64,000 nt of DNA from a plasmid: the sequence record NZ_CP010801.1, one strand, 5' to 3'. The position numbers and the translations under genes were made by a program. A model generated the notes under the pieces. The model ran no database searches. It was not told the DNA's origin and saw only the letters and a program-made list of their open reading frames with translations. Shown here one piece after another: positions 9,048 to 19,023 of this stretch; position 1 is the first letter of the stretch; every line of letters begins with the position of its first letter.

Positions 9048-9698
9048 TTAGGCCAACCGGTTGTAGAGCTGCAGCTGACGTAGCTGTGGGCTCTTATTGG
9101 TTAGCAATTGTAGCGCTTTTTCTCTGTCGATGCGAGCCTCAACATCCGCAACAGACGTGGGCGTCGCGCGAAGATGATCTGTTGCGCCATTTAGGTTTTC
9201 AGCAGTGTCGTCGCCGCCTTGCGTCGCAGCTTCGCCTGGAAAGCCAAGCGCTGCATCAAGGCCCCACTCAGCATGTCCTTCCGTTTCCGTGGCCAGACCG
9301 ACGCCGCCGTCGGCTTCCCCAGGGTTGTTGCCGGCCTCGAATTCCATCTTCGAACGCACCCAGCTTTCACCAGATTCGCCGTCGGAGTCCTCGTCTATGC
9401 TCTTCTCCGCGAGGGGGAAAAGCTTCCTTGCCGTGGACATGGCAATGAGCTTGGCTGCCGCGATCAGGTAGGGCTCGAGTGGAGCATCCGGTCGTAGCGT
9501 ATCCAGCTTGGAGAGCAGAAAGATCCAGAGCTCCTGGCACACTTCCTCGAAGATGGAATGTCCGACGCTCTTGCCCAGGGCGCGCGCGCCAACGACCGCG
9601 CATCCACGTACGCTTCGATTGAGGATGGCCAAGTATTCGGTATCTGTGCCATCCCGTATTCCTTGAAGGCGGGATGCATCCCAGCGGGTTGCTGCCAT
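9048..9698 (-). CDS. hypothetical regulator with a sigma-70 region-2-like segment (possible divergent ECF-like sigma)
   Basis: DTEYLAILNRSV...FEEVCQELWIFLLSKLDTLRPDAPLEPYLIAAAKLIAMSTARK resembles sigma region 2.1-2.4. No clear region 4.2 HTH. Immediately upstream of the double-HTH gene. Confidence 0.35.
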   Translation of the reverse strand: MAATRWDASRLQGIRDGTDTEYLAILNRSVRGCAVVGARALGKSVGHSIFEEVCQELWIFLLSKLDTLRPDAPLEPYLIAAAKLIAMSTARKLFPLAEKSIDEDSDGESGESWVRSKMEFEAGNNPGEADGGVGLATETEGHAEWGLDAALGFPGEAATQGGDDTAENLNGATDHLRATPTSVADVEARIDREKALQLLTNKSPQLRQLQLYNRLA

Positions 9699-10200
9699 TG
9701 TTCGCTAGAAGAGGTGGTCGAGCAGCTGCACGATTTCGACGATCGCATCGTGCGCCATGGGCGTAGTAGTCCAGATATGGGCTAATGCGACGTGAAGAGC
9801 CGGGCCGGAAAGCAAGGCTTTTTGTACGCCGCCGTGAAAAACAATCTCGTCGCGCCCAATAGAAACAATTCTGGGCTCTTCAACCGCTTGCCCGTTAAAT
9901 TGCGCAAGTGACATCGGATCAATTTTATCGAACAACACCCGCACCCCCATGTGCTTAAAATTTCACCCGTCTCGTCAAAGGCGCGCCGGCTCTTGATCTT
10001 GCGGGTATTCATATTGAACCCGTATGCTCTTGCTGAATGCGAACTATCCACAATCCCCCCTAAGCGGGGTACGCAATTGAACTTAGTACCCCGTCTCAGG
10101 ATCAGCTTGAATAACTAAGCTTTGCGATCGAAGAAAAATTCCCCGCTACGCCATATGAATCATATGAATTAAGCAACCTCTAACTCTGAATGTAGAGGCA

Positions 10201-12318
10201 CTAAGCAAGCTTGAATCGCAGAAATTTTGTACCAGTCCTCGAATTGAGCACCAGCTTCATGCCCTCTGGAATTGTGCGCGGTTGCTCATATTCGGTCCAA
10301 ACAAGGTCGGCTGCTACGAGCACCGTTCCATCATCGTGCTTCTCGGGCATGAATTTGCCCTCCATCACGTCCTGCCTGAGCCGGTAGAGGTCTAGGATCG
10401 GCCTGGGTGGTAAGGCAAGCTCGGGGTCGTCCGGCTCGTCTGACTCGACGATTGCCGCGCCAAAGCCTGGCGGTAGCACCGAGAAAACGTCAGACTCTTG
10501 CGGCGCCGGCACGCTATCCTCAGGGGCCTCACGCTCGGATTCAACTTCCTTCAAGTGCATCCGCGCCTCACCCGCGGTCGCGGGTGGCTCGGGTGTCTCC
10601 GATATGTCGCCGTCATCAACCGAGCCGCCTCTTTTGTTGATGGCGCTCGTCGCCCCCCAGAGAGGGCGTACGATTTGCGGCGCTTCCTTGATGCCGCCTG
10701 CATTGGTCAAAATGATCTTGGGTATGCACTCGTCGGAAACAACCAGCATGGCCACCTGGTTATCGCCCCCCATGTCGCACAGCCACAGGGCGCGTTTGTG
10801 GGATAGGCGAACGCCCTCGTGGTTGTTGTACAGCCAACCCTTAGCTTCCAGCTGAGCGAGAAGCTCCTTGGTGAAGCTGGACATCTGGCCGCGTGGCGCG
10901 GACGTGTCGCCGATGTCCGGCTCCATGACGGTGCGCATCTTTTGGTCCAGAACGTACAACCAAGGAGCAGACCAGATTGCCAGCCTCTTTTGCGTACTAC
11001 GCCCGTTGATCGCGCTATCCCGCGTAAGTGCCTCAGTCAAGAAGTCCAGCGGCGTACGCCCAGTTGGATGTTTCCAGTAGGGTCGGGCAACGTCGGCGTT
11101 GACTTCGGTGGCATCCTTGCGCTTGTGTTCCCGGGCTGGCGCTGCCGCACGTGCCCGATCGATAAGGTGCCGTGCTTCTTCTGTGGCGGTTGCGTTTGGA
11201 TCCTCTTGCAGATCATCGTGCTCGAAGGCCGGCGCGTCATCATCCTCCTGCGGCATCATGTCTTGCACGGAAGCCTGCGACCGCTGCGCCGCATCGCCCT
11301 TCGCGGCGCGCTGGGTCACTGATCCCGCTCTCATCTTCTCCTCGTCGCGTCCCCCCTCGCGCCACGAAGCAAGGCAGTCAGCTTCATACAGCAACATCAT
11401 GAGACTGCGCGGGAGGTCGCCCATCCACCCAGCGATCGGCATGTCCGACATGTGGTGGTAGTAGGAGACCGCCAGTATCAGAGCCTGACGGTCACCGATC
11501 GACAGATTCATGAGCGACGGCACGCCGCGCAGCATCTTCGCGCCCATCTCGCCATGATTTGGCGCTACCTCCTCCACACGTTCAGGCCGCTTGGGGTCGA
11601 CTTGCCGATAGCACTCGACTTTTCCTATATCGTGCGCGACAGCCGCCAGGACAAGCATGGGGTTGAGCACGGGATCGCCCTTGTCGAACACGTGGAATCC
11701 TCGGTTGACGTCGGCAACAGGTACGACAACCTTGCCCTTGGTGTCGCGCACGCCTTCGTAGCGCCAAGCCGGGGCAAGCTCAAGCATGCCATCCAGCACG
11801 TTCAGCGTGTGCTCCACCAGCGTTGCGCCACCGTGATCTTGTGGCACCGGCGCAGCAGGAAGATCTTGCTTGCTAAGCAAGATGCGCCACACATCTAGCA
11901 GGGCGGCAGCATGGAGCGGATTCTTCGCGGCATAAGCATTCCACCAGGGATAGCGCTGCATCAGATTCTGTGCGATTTGCCCGGTGCGGGTATCGGACAA
12001 TGCCGCGCCGATGTTGTGGGCCATCGCAGGAAGCAGCGCAGCCGGTAGTGGCACTGACTGTGTACTTTTGGTCTGCGGATCGCTCATGATGGTGGCTGTA
12101 ACGATCGATTGCTCCGCACTCTCAGAGCCTGGTGCGCCCCTAACAGCGCGGCGCAGCAGCCAGAATCCAGTTCCGAGCAGCACGCCGCCGGACCAGATCA
12201 CACCCAACCTGATTGCGGTAGCGCGCAGCATCTGCAAGTCCGGAAGCGCCGCTACCGTGAGCACGATGAACCAGAATAGGAAAACGATGAGGACGCTTTT
12301 GAGCAGTTCGTTACGCAT
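10201..12318 (-). CDS. putative conjugative relaxase, MobH/TraI(ICE) family with HD-like motifs
   Basis: 705 aa with an N-terminal TM segment. His-rich motifs (AHDIGK, YYHHMSD) typical of MobH-family relaxases. Sits in an operon with a T4CP-like ATPase. Confidence 0.55.
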   Translation of the reverse strand: MRNELLKSVLIVFLFWFIVLTVAALPDLQMLRATAIRLGVIWSGGVLLGTGFWLLRRAVRGAPGSESAEQSIVTATIMSDPQTKSTQSVPLPAALLPAMAHNIGAALSDTRTGQIAQNLMQRYPWWNAYAAKNPLHAAALLDVWRILLSKQDLPAAPVPQDHGGATLVEHTLNVLDGMLELAPAWRYEGVRDTKGKVVVPVADVNRGFHVFDKGDPVLNPMLVLAAVAHDIGKVECYRQVDPKRPERVEEVAPNHGEMGAKMLRGVPSLMNLSIGDRQALILAVSYYHHMSDMPIAGWMGDLPRSLMMLLYEADCLASWREGGRDEEKMRAGSVTQRAAKGDAAQRSQASVQDMMPQEDDDAPAFEHDDLQEDPNATATEEARHLIDRARAAAPAREHKRKDATEVNADVARPYWKHPTGRTPLDFLTEALTRDSAINGRSTQKRLAIWSAPWLYVLDQKMRTVMEPDIGDTSAPRGQMSSFTKELLAQLEAKGWLYNNHEGVRLSHKRALWLCDMGGDNQVAMLVVSDECIPKIILTNAGGIKEAPQIVRPLWGATSAINKRGGSVDDGDISETPEPPATAGEARMHLKEVESEREAPEDSVPAPQESDVFSVLPPGFGAAIVESDEPDDPELALPPRPILDLYRLRQDVMEGKFMPEKHDDGTVLVAADLVWTEYEQPRTIPEGMKLVLNSRTGTKFLRFKLA

Positions 12319-12325
12319 GGCGTTC

Positions 12326-13105
12326 TCAGGTATCGCCGTGGATAGAACGTGAAAAGCTGAAGCGCCGCAGCTGGGCGGCGGTCATCAGGTCGGGATTGCG
12401 CGCGATGAAGTACAAGCAGGCGTGGCCGGAAGCGACAAAGCCATTGGCCATGAGCTCGCGCAAGGCCATGCGATAGCCCTGCTCGTCTAGGCCGAGAATG
12501 TCCTGGCTGCGCTTGCGCAGGAACACTCCAGAGATACCAGGCCAACTCCAGATCATGTCTGCTAGGCCTACGCATGCCTCCAACCCGATGATGGTCATGA
12601 TCTCGGATGTGAACGCGTGTGGCAGGGAAACGGACAGAAGGTCCAGTGGTTCGGGCAATACGATGCCGGCCTTCCACAGCTGATATTGCGTGCGTGCGCG
12701 CAGCACAAGCGGGCGGGCACCCATTGCCGTACAGCACAACTCGAATTCCAGACTGTATTTGTCCGGCGAGCCGGGCACGAAGATCCAGCGTAGAGCGTTC
12801 TTCCGAGGGCCAGGCTTGGTGTTAACTTTGCAGGCGGTCCGAATGTTCTCCTTGGTGCGCTCGAACACAAACTGAAGGCGCGGGTCACCAAAGTCGCTTG
12901 CATTAACTGGTGCCTCAAGCGGCCGGTGATCTGCCGCTTCCTCCTCGAGATCGATGCCGGAAAAGAAGGCATTCTCGAATCCATCGTCGCCCTCGGTATC
13001 CTCGGCCGATGATGGCTGCGCGCCTTGGTCGTCACCGTCGCTGGCCAGGAGGGCAAGCAATTCGTAGTATTCCGATTTGCCATCGGCTTTGCTCAACTCA
13101 GCCAA
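12326..13105 (-). CDS. hypothetical protein (conjugation-module associated)
   Basis: 259 aa between the T4CP-like and relaxase genes, overlapping both. Confidence 0.5.
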   Translation of the reverse strand: MAELSKADGKSEYYELLALLASDGDDQGAQPSSAEDTEGDDGFENAFFSGIDLEEEAADHRPLEAPVNASDFGDPRLQFVFERTKENIRTACKVNTKPGPRKNALRWIFVPGSPDKYSLEFELCCTAMGARPLVLRARTQYQLWKAGIVLPEPLDLLSVSLPHAFTSEIMTIIGLEACVGLADMIWSWPGISGVFLRKRSQDILGLDEQGYRMALRELMANGFVASGHACLYFIARNPDLMTAAQLRRFSFSRSIHGDT

Positions 13106-14826
13106 CGTGGTGCCTCTGCATAAAGGTTCAGGCCGCGAACGAACTTGCGGCGGGAGTGGTTGATCTGCGGCTCACCGATGGAGTCCATAAATGACTTGGA
13201 AAACTGCACCATGGGCACCTTCACGTGGTAGACGCTCTTTCCTCCGATAGAGACGATGCACTCGCCTTTTTCCAGCCGCTTAAGGTCGTTGATCGGAATA
13301 CGCTGCACTTCCTGGTACTTCTCCGAGTAACCGGCGTTGGTGGCTAACGAGACGTTTTGCTTTTGCCCCGTACCTGCGCTCGCGCTGATGCCGCCACCGC
13401 GTCCCATCGATACCGAGACAGACGCCACCTGCTCGGTCCCGAAAAAGTTGGTCACATGTTCTGCAGTGTCTTCGGTGCCGATGCGGAAGGACACCTTGAC
13501 CACGGTGTTTCCGAGCACCATTTCGCGCAATTCCGAACTCACCGCGTCCAAGTTGGCGATGGTCTGGATTGCCGGCATCATGACAAGCCGCGCGGATCGG
13601 GATTGCTCAAACATGCGGCTCCATGCTGGCGTCACGTATGAGCCTGCTTCATCGAAGAACCCCAGGTAAGGCGGATCCGGCCGTTGCTCTGGAGGCAAGC
13701 TCTGCACCTTGGCGATGGCCGAGCGAAAGTCGCCGATGGCCAGTTTGCCGAAGTTTGTCGCCGCCTCGTTCTTGCCCATCGTGGGTAGCGGCAGATAGAC
13801 GATCTGATTTCTCCGTACGGCTTCGTACAGGTCAACCTCAGGGTCGTATGTGTTGGTGATTTGGCCGAAGTTGCCTGACCCGAACATGTGCATCCGTCCG
13901 CCCAGGCCGCCAAAGAGGTCGTTGATCTTCTTGATGTCGATCACCCGCTGCCCCTGCCGATCGACAGTCTTCAAGCTGTCGATGAATAGCGCGAGCTCAC
14001 GGCCTGCATCAGTCGAAATTGGCAACAGCGTGGACAGGTATTGGAGCGCACGCTCGTTTTGCAGAAGGATGGCGATGTCGCTGAACGAATAGGCCATCTT
14101 CGCAGACTGAATTGCGCCGACCAGCGTGGTCATACCCTGGTTGGATTTTTGCTTGTAATAGTCTGCACCTGCATTGCTCTCGGTCGAGGGGATGAGCGAA
14201 AGCACACGCGAAGCAACCTCGTCTGGATCGCCTTTGAGGATCGAGTTGTAGGTGTTGGAGAAACTTGGGTCGCCGGGATTGATGATGCGCAGATCATCGC
14301 GCCGACCAGCATATGCGCACATCGCGTCGAGCTTGCGGACGTTGGACGCATCCACCTTGCCGTCAATCCAGAGGAGGCCGCCGCCGCGCATGATCTGCTG
14401 GAACATGACCCATTCACCGAGCACGGTCTTGCCCATGCCCGACTGGCCAACGATGAACACGTGGCGCATCCAGTCATCCCAGGACACGATGATCGGCTCG
14501 TTGCCATCCACTGTGTAACCGAGCAATACGCCATCCCAGGCGCCAGTCAGGATGTCGCGGGACAGGCGCTCGACGGCGTGTTCCGTATCCGAATTGATGA
14601 AGACCGAAGATCGGTGCGCCCGGCGGTCAAACAGCGAGTCGAAGCGCCCGCTCAACGACATGATCCCGGCGGCAGACATGGCCGTGCTGGCAAACAGGGC
14701 GCCAGGCAGATCGTTAAGGGACGGCGTCGCTAGAAGCCCGCTGCCGATAGCGGCGAGCAGCGCCGTTGTGTCCTGGAATCCGCCAAGCCGCAAGTCCAGG
14801 AAGTTTCGAAACCCGAGTCGGGACAT
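13093..14826 (-). CDS. type IV coupling protein-like ATPase (TraD/VirD4/DUF87 type)
   Basis: Walker A IVGQSGMGKT and Walker B YLGFFDEAGSY. 577 aa. Confidence 0.6.
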   Translation of the reverse strand: MSRLGFRNFLDLRLGGFQDTTALLAAIGSGLLATPSLNDLPGALFASTAMSAAGIMSLSGRFDSLFDRRAHRSSVFINSDTEHAVERLSRDILTGAWDGVLLGYTVDGNEPIIVSWDDWMRHVFIVGQSGMGKTVLGEWVMFQQIMRGGGLLWIDGKVDASNVRKLDAMCAYAGRRDDLRIINPGDPSFSNTYNSILKGDPDEVASRVLSLIPSTESNAGADYYKQKSNQGMTTLVGAIQSAKMAYSFSDIAILLQNERALQYLSTLLPISTDAGRELALFIDSLKTVDRQGQRVIDIKKINDLFGGLGGRMHMFGSGNFGQITNTYDPEVDLYEAVRRNQIVYLPLPTMGKNEAATNFGKLAIGDFRSAIAKVQSLPPEQRPDPPYLGFFDEAGSYVTPAWSRMFEQSRSARLVMMPAIQTIANLDAVSSELREMVLGNTVVKVSFRIGTEDTAEHVTNFFGTEQVASVSVSMGRGGGISASAGTGQKQNVSLATNAGYSEKYQEVQRIPINDLKRLEKGECIVSIGGKSVYHVKVPMVQFSKSFMDSIGEPQINHSRRKFVRGLNLYAEAPRWLS

Positions 14827-14901
14827 TCGCCAGCACCCAGTAAATTGAACGGTGAATCGATTCCGCGCCGACGGTGATTCGACGGCGCGGGCGACCGCGG
14901 C

Positions 14902-16065
14902 CTACAGGCTGTCGAGCTCCACCCACTCGCTTTCCGTCGTGGAGGGCTTTTGTTTGCCACGCTCCTCTTGCTGCGCTTGGTGCAACGCCGCACGCCTGGC
15001 TTTCGCTTGTTCAGCGCGCTCCAACAAGCGCTGGCGGATCTGCGCCACCCACGAGGGGATGGACAGCATGTCCTGACCGTACTTCGCGATTGCCACGCCA
15101 GTCACGGTCTCGATGTATGTATGGGATGACGCGATCATCGTCGGATCGTCATCGCGCGGGTACACCTTGCGCCGCAGAATGCCCTCAACCATGATCGGCG
15201 TTCCCTCCTTGATCCGGTTGAGCACGGCTTGGGCCTTACGACCCACGATCCGAATCGGGATGTTCACTTCCGAGTTGGCTTGCTGGCGAAGTAGGACCAG
15301 GCCATAGCCCTGTCGGTGTTCGGTAGGTGGAACATAGGCGCATGCATCGACGAAGCCGGCCACCGCCATGTAGTTCTGCCCAGCGCCAAGGCGCGAGTCG
15401 ACAACGCCACCGGAGGCTTCGATCACGTCATCGAAATAGCGGTAGGCATCAACGTAGGAGCGGGTAGTTTCGTTGAGCGGGCTTTCGTCTGCGCCGGGCT
15501 TGGCGTCACGCCGCATGTACGGTGCGTATTCCGGCTTGATGTTGCCGCTCTCGTCGAACGGGTTGAAGTCCTTCTTCGCCATGCCGCGCAGGAGCTTGAG
15601 CTTGTCGGGCGAGGTGCCAAAGCCAGAAAGCCAAACGCGCTGCGCTGGCAAGTCCATCACGTTCGGGTGTTCGATGCCGATGCAGTGCGCCACAGCCTGC
15701 GGGCCGTGCTCGTCGCGCTCGCCGCGGATATGCACTTGCACGGTCAATGGACGGCGGGCCAGTCGCGCTGTGTCGTAACGCGCTGGATCGACCACCACGC
15801 GTAGTGCGTGCTCGAGGTTATTGTTTTGCTGAACGATGAAGGTTCGTTCATTCAGAGGGTGAGCAAAGCCGGCGACCCAGCCAATATTCAGCATGTCGTT
15901 GACGTACTTGAGGCCGCCGCGCAGAAGCTGTTTGGGGCGCTCGACCGGTTCCCTCTGACGTTCCGGCGCGGCCCCGAGGCGCGTCGGCCCCGCTACGGCT
16001 TCCCCGCCAGTTGTCTCGACATCATGTGGCTGCACGGGTGTTGCCTGATCGTTGGTAGCGTCCAA
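14902..16065 (-). CDS. SSB-like / ICE-associated OB-fold protein; start uncertain (TTG 16065 with AGGAGAGG RBS, or ATG 15894)
   Basis: MLNIGWVAGFAHPLNERTFIVQQ and IPIRIVGRKAQ...IMVEGILRRK resemble SSB OB-fold strands. Located next to topB as in ICE cores. Confidence 0.35.
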   Translation of the reverse strand: MDATNDQATPVQPHDVETTGGEAVAGPTRLGAAPERQREPVERPKQLLRGGLKYVNDMLNIGWVAGFAHPLNERTFIVQQNNNLEHALRVVVDPARYDTARLARRPLTVQVHIRGERDEHGPQAVAHCIGIEHPNVMDLPAQRVWLSGFGTSPDKLKLLRGMAKKDFNPFDESGNIKPEYAPYMRRDAKPGADESPLNETTRSYVDAYRYFDDVIEASGGVVDSRLGAGQNYMAVAGFVDACAYVPPTEHRQGYGLVLLRQQANSEVNIPIRIVGRKAQAVLNRIKEGTPIMVEGILRRKVYPRDDDPTMIASSHTYIETVTGVAIAKYGQDMLSIPSWVAQIRQRLLERAEQAKARRAALHQAQQEERGKQKPSTTESEWVELDSL

Positions 16066-16318
16066 TGTTCCTCTCCTGTGTCCTTGCTCATCAATCGGCG
16101 ATGTAACCGAGCGCATTCCACAACTCGGTTGGCGTCATCATTACGCATTTTGCGTGAAGTTGCGCGTAATTATAAGCCTCCGCTGCGGGAGGGCAACTCG
16201 TAAATAATTGTTAAGGGGTAGGGTTTACAAATACCAACATCGCAGCAACCATATACAATTGATAGTTGTTAACAACACGACCGCTTGTCCAGGGCGGCTA
16301 CTCAATGGGGAATAAGCC

Positions 16319-16903
16319 ATGCAACCTGTTAGGGGAAAGAAATTGACGACTGGCTCGGTGTCGTTGCGGCAGGCGAAGAAATCGCAGATCCCGGCTGTTT
16401 CGAGTGCGCATACGGTGACGAAAGGGCGGGGCGCTCGTGCCAGTCAGGGCGAGGAGTTCAGTGAGGAGCCGGCGAACCTGCTGGCTCAGCGCATCAACGT
16501 TCGGCGTCTTGAGAGCGGCCAAAGCCTGGCCGATTTGACGATCGAACTGGGTGTGAGCTACTCGTATCTTGTCTCGGTGCTCTCCAATGCGGAGCGGGCA
16601 CGCTCGATTTCGCGTGAGTTCGTTGTTCGTATTGCGAACTACCTGAACGTCTCGGTTGCGCAGGTTTACATTTGGGCCGGCATTCTGACCGCACAGGATT
16701 TCTTCGAACCCGACGAGCTCAAGGCCGCTATGGATCGTGCGTTCCACGCGATGCAGGAAGACAAAGCGAACTTGCTGTGCCCCAGCTACGCAGAGTGGAA
16801 CAAGTTGTCCATCAAAGACCGCCAGTTCATCGTGCGCCTCTACGAGCGGGCTTCGAAGACGCACTTCTTGCCGGCTTTGCGGATGCCGAAGATCGGGAAG
16901 TAG
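16319..16903 (+). CDS. XRE-family HTH transcriptional regulator
   Basis: LAQRINVRRLESGQSLADLTIELGVSYSYLVSVLSNAER. The 3' end overlaps the topB 3' end convergently. Confidence 0.6.
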   Translation: MQPVRGKKLTTGSVSLRQAKKSQIPAVSSAHTVTKGRGARASQGEEFSEEPANLLAQRINVRRLESGQSLADLTIELGVSYSYLVSVLSNAERARSISREFVVRIANYLNVSVAQVYIWAGILTAQDFFEPDELKAAMDRAFHAMQEDKANLLCPSYAEWNKLSIKDRQFIVRLYERASKTHFLPALRMPKIGK

Positions 16904-18728
16904 GTTTTTGTGCCTCTGCAGTAATGCGCCGGCCATCGCGAGCGCTGGAACGGATCATTCCTAGCCAGCGCTCGACCACGGCATCGATGCCTTTCATGAA
17001 AAGCGCCGGGGCGTACTTGCCTTTGGCGATCATTCCTAGCGCATCCTCCCACGCCGCAGTCACCCCAGGGTCAGTCATTTCCTGGGGAATCGAGTCGATG
17101 ACCTGGCAACCCAGTTCGGTGGGCCGAATCGCCTTCTTGTCCACTCGGATGAAGCTGCGGCGCTTGAGTGTTTCGATCGTTTCGGCCTGAGTCGCGGCAG
17201 TGCCAATCCCGGAGGTTTCCTTCAAGACTGCCTTCAGCTTGGGATCCTGTACGTATTTGGCCACGCTACGCATGTCCGAAATCAGGCTAGCCTCCGTGTA
17301 TGGCTTGGGCGGAGTGGTTTTTGCCTGAACTTGCTCGCATGCGATCGCCATCGCAGCGTCGCCGTCGTCAATTCCCGGTGGCAGTGTTCGCACTTGCTTT
17401 TCAGCATCCCCGTCCTCGCGCGTGCCTGAGCGGGACAGCGCCTCCCATGACGCACCCGCATTCAGGAGGCGCTCATAGTTCGCTGAGAATTCCACCGATT
17501 TGATGGTGCGCCCACCGACATCGACCACCGCAGAGACGCGCGACTCCTCAACCTTCGAGTCGGGTAAAAGACTGCGGAGGAATTGCAGACATACCAACTG
17601 CCACGCCTTGCGGACCACATCGGACGTCGTCGAGCCGGGCACCATCCCGGTTGGAATGACGCCATGGTGTTCCTCGACCTTCTTGCTGTCGTAGATGCGC
17701 GACGATGGGCGCATCAGGTCAATCAGTGCAGGCGCGGGCGCCGGGTTGATGGCGGAGGCCACCACCTTTGCGATGCGCAGCGCGTCGCCGGCCTGCTCGC
17801 TGGGTAGGTAGCGGCAGTCCGTTCTGGGGTACGAGGTCAGCTTTGCCTCGTACGAGGCCTGAAGGTTGGCCAGGCTTTGCGCGGCCGTCCAACCGAACGC
17901 GGCCTCCGCGTCCTTTTGGAACGAGGAGAGGTCATAGGGCAGCGGAGCCCGACGCACAGCCGCCGCGGTCTCCACCGCCAGGCTCGTGCGCTTGGACTTC
18001 ACCGCTGTGGCAAGCGCCTGCGCGATCTTCTCGTCCAGCACCCGCGGCTGCGGCTCGGCCATCAGATCAATCGTCGCACCGGCATCCGTTCTGAAAGTCG
18101 CGCGCAGCTTGTAGAAGGTCTCCGAGCGAAAGGCATCGATTTCTCGCTGGCGCCGGACAATCATGGCCAGCGTGGGCGTCTGGACACGACCGATGCTCAC
18201 AAGTGCGCCGTCGGAGAGCAGCTTGGTGACGGCTCGCGACATATTCATGCCGATCAGCCAATCGGCCCCCTGCCGGCAGGCGGCGGCGTCGCGTACGGGG
18301 TGATACTTGGCGTTGTCCTCGATCTTTGCCAGCGCCTTCTTGACGGAGGCTGGATCGGTGGCATTCAGCATCAAGCGTTGTGTTGGCCCGCGCCAACCGA
18401 GGTGCTCGAGGACTTCGTCGACGAGCAGCTGGCCCTCGCGGTCAGGATCGCCGGCGTTGATCACGACGGTTGCTGACTTTAGAAGGGCCGCGATCTTCTT
18501 GATCTGCTCCTTGGCGCCGTCCTTAGGGACGAGTTTCCAATTGACGACCTTGATTGGAAGGGTGGCCGGATCCCATTTTTCCCACTTCGGGTCGTAGGCA
18601 TGCGGCTGCGCGAGTTCAAGCAGGTGGCCGAAGCAGTTCGTAACAGCGTATCCAGTCGCCGGCAGGCAATCCTGAATGGCCCGGGCCACCGAAGGCTTCT
18701 CTGCGATTATCAGCTTCACAGCGGCCAC
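16827..18728 (-). CDS. topB: DNA topoisomerase III (type IA, Toprim)
   Basis: N-terminal Toprim LIIAEKPSVARAI, 633 aa, with the C-terminal basic tail typical of TopB. Confidence 0.85.
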   Translation of the reverse strand: MAAVKLIIAEKPSVARAIQDCLPATGYAVTNCFGHLLELAQPHAYDPKWEKWDPATLPIKVVNWKLVPKDGAKEQIKKIAALLKSATVVINAGDPDREGQLLVDEVLEHLGWRGPTQRLMLNATDPASVKKALAKIEDNAKYHPVRDAAACRQGADWLIGMNMSRAVTKLLSDGALVSIGRVQTPTLAMIVRRQREIDAFRSETFYKLRATFRTDAGATIDLMAEPQPRVLDEKIAQALATAVKSKRTSLAVETAAAVRRAPLPYDLSSFQKDAEAAFGWTAAQSLANLQASYEAKLTSYPRTDCRYLPSEQAGDALRIAKVVASAINPAPAPALIDLMRPSSRIYDSKKVEEHHGVIPTGMVPGSTTSDVVRKAWQLVCLQFLRSLLPDSKVEESRVSAVVDVGGRTIKSVEFSANYERLLNAGASWEALSRSGTREDGDAEKQVRTLPPGIDDGDAAMAIACEQVQAKTTPPKPYTEASLISDMRSVAKYVQDPKLKAVLKETSGIGTAATQAETIETLKRRSFIRVDKKAIRPTELGCQVIDSIPQEMTDPGVTAAWEDALGMIAKGKYAPALFMKGIDAVVERWLGMIRSSARDGRRITAEAQKPTSRSSASAKPARSASSKPARRGAR

Positions 18729-19018
18729 TCTCCGGTGTCTTCATCACACATCTGGAATTCCTGCGCATCGATACCGTCGCCCGCCGTCACAATCTCACGG
18801 TAGCGGCGATCCAGCATCCGAAAGTCGCAGCGAATGCTCTCCTGAAGCGCCAGTGGGTTGTAGCCGGAATCGACACAAACTTGCTGGAAGGAACCCTGTT
18901 CCTGATCGCCACTGAAGATCCAGTCGTAAGCCGCCACGAAGTCCTCGTCATGACCAAAAGAAAGCAGGTCACATGCGGCAGAGATAGGATCGAATACGAA
19001 GATGGGATGCTTTGGCAT
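18716..19018 (-). CDS. hypothetical protein (~100 aa)
   Basis: MPKHPIFVFDPISAACDLL. Overlaps the topB start. Confidence 0.4.
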   Translation of the reverse strand: MPKHPIFVFDPISAACDLLSFGHDEDFVAAYDWIFSGDQEQGSFQQVCVDSGYNPLALQESIRCDFRMLDRRYREIVTAGDGIDAQEFQMCDEDTGEWPL

Positions 19019-19023
19019 GTTCT

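Noticed and set aside
14041-14733. 230-aa plus-strand ORF inside the T4CP-like gene
   Set aside because: Antisense to a gene with Walker A/B motifs.
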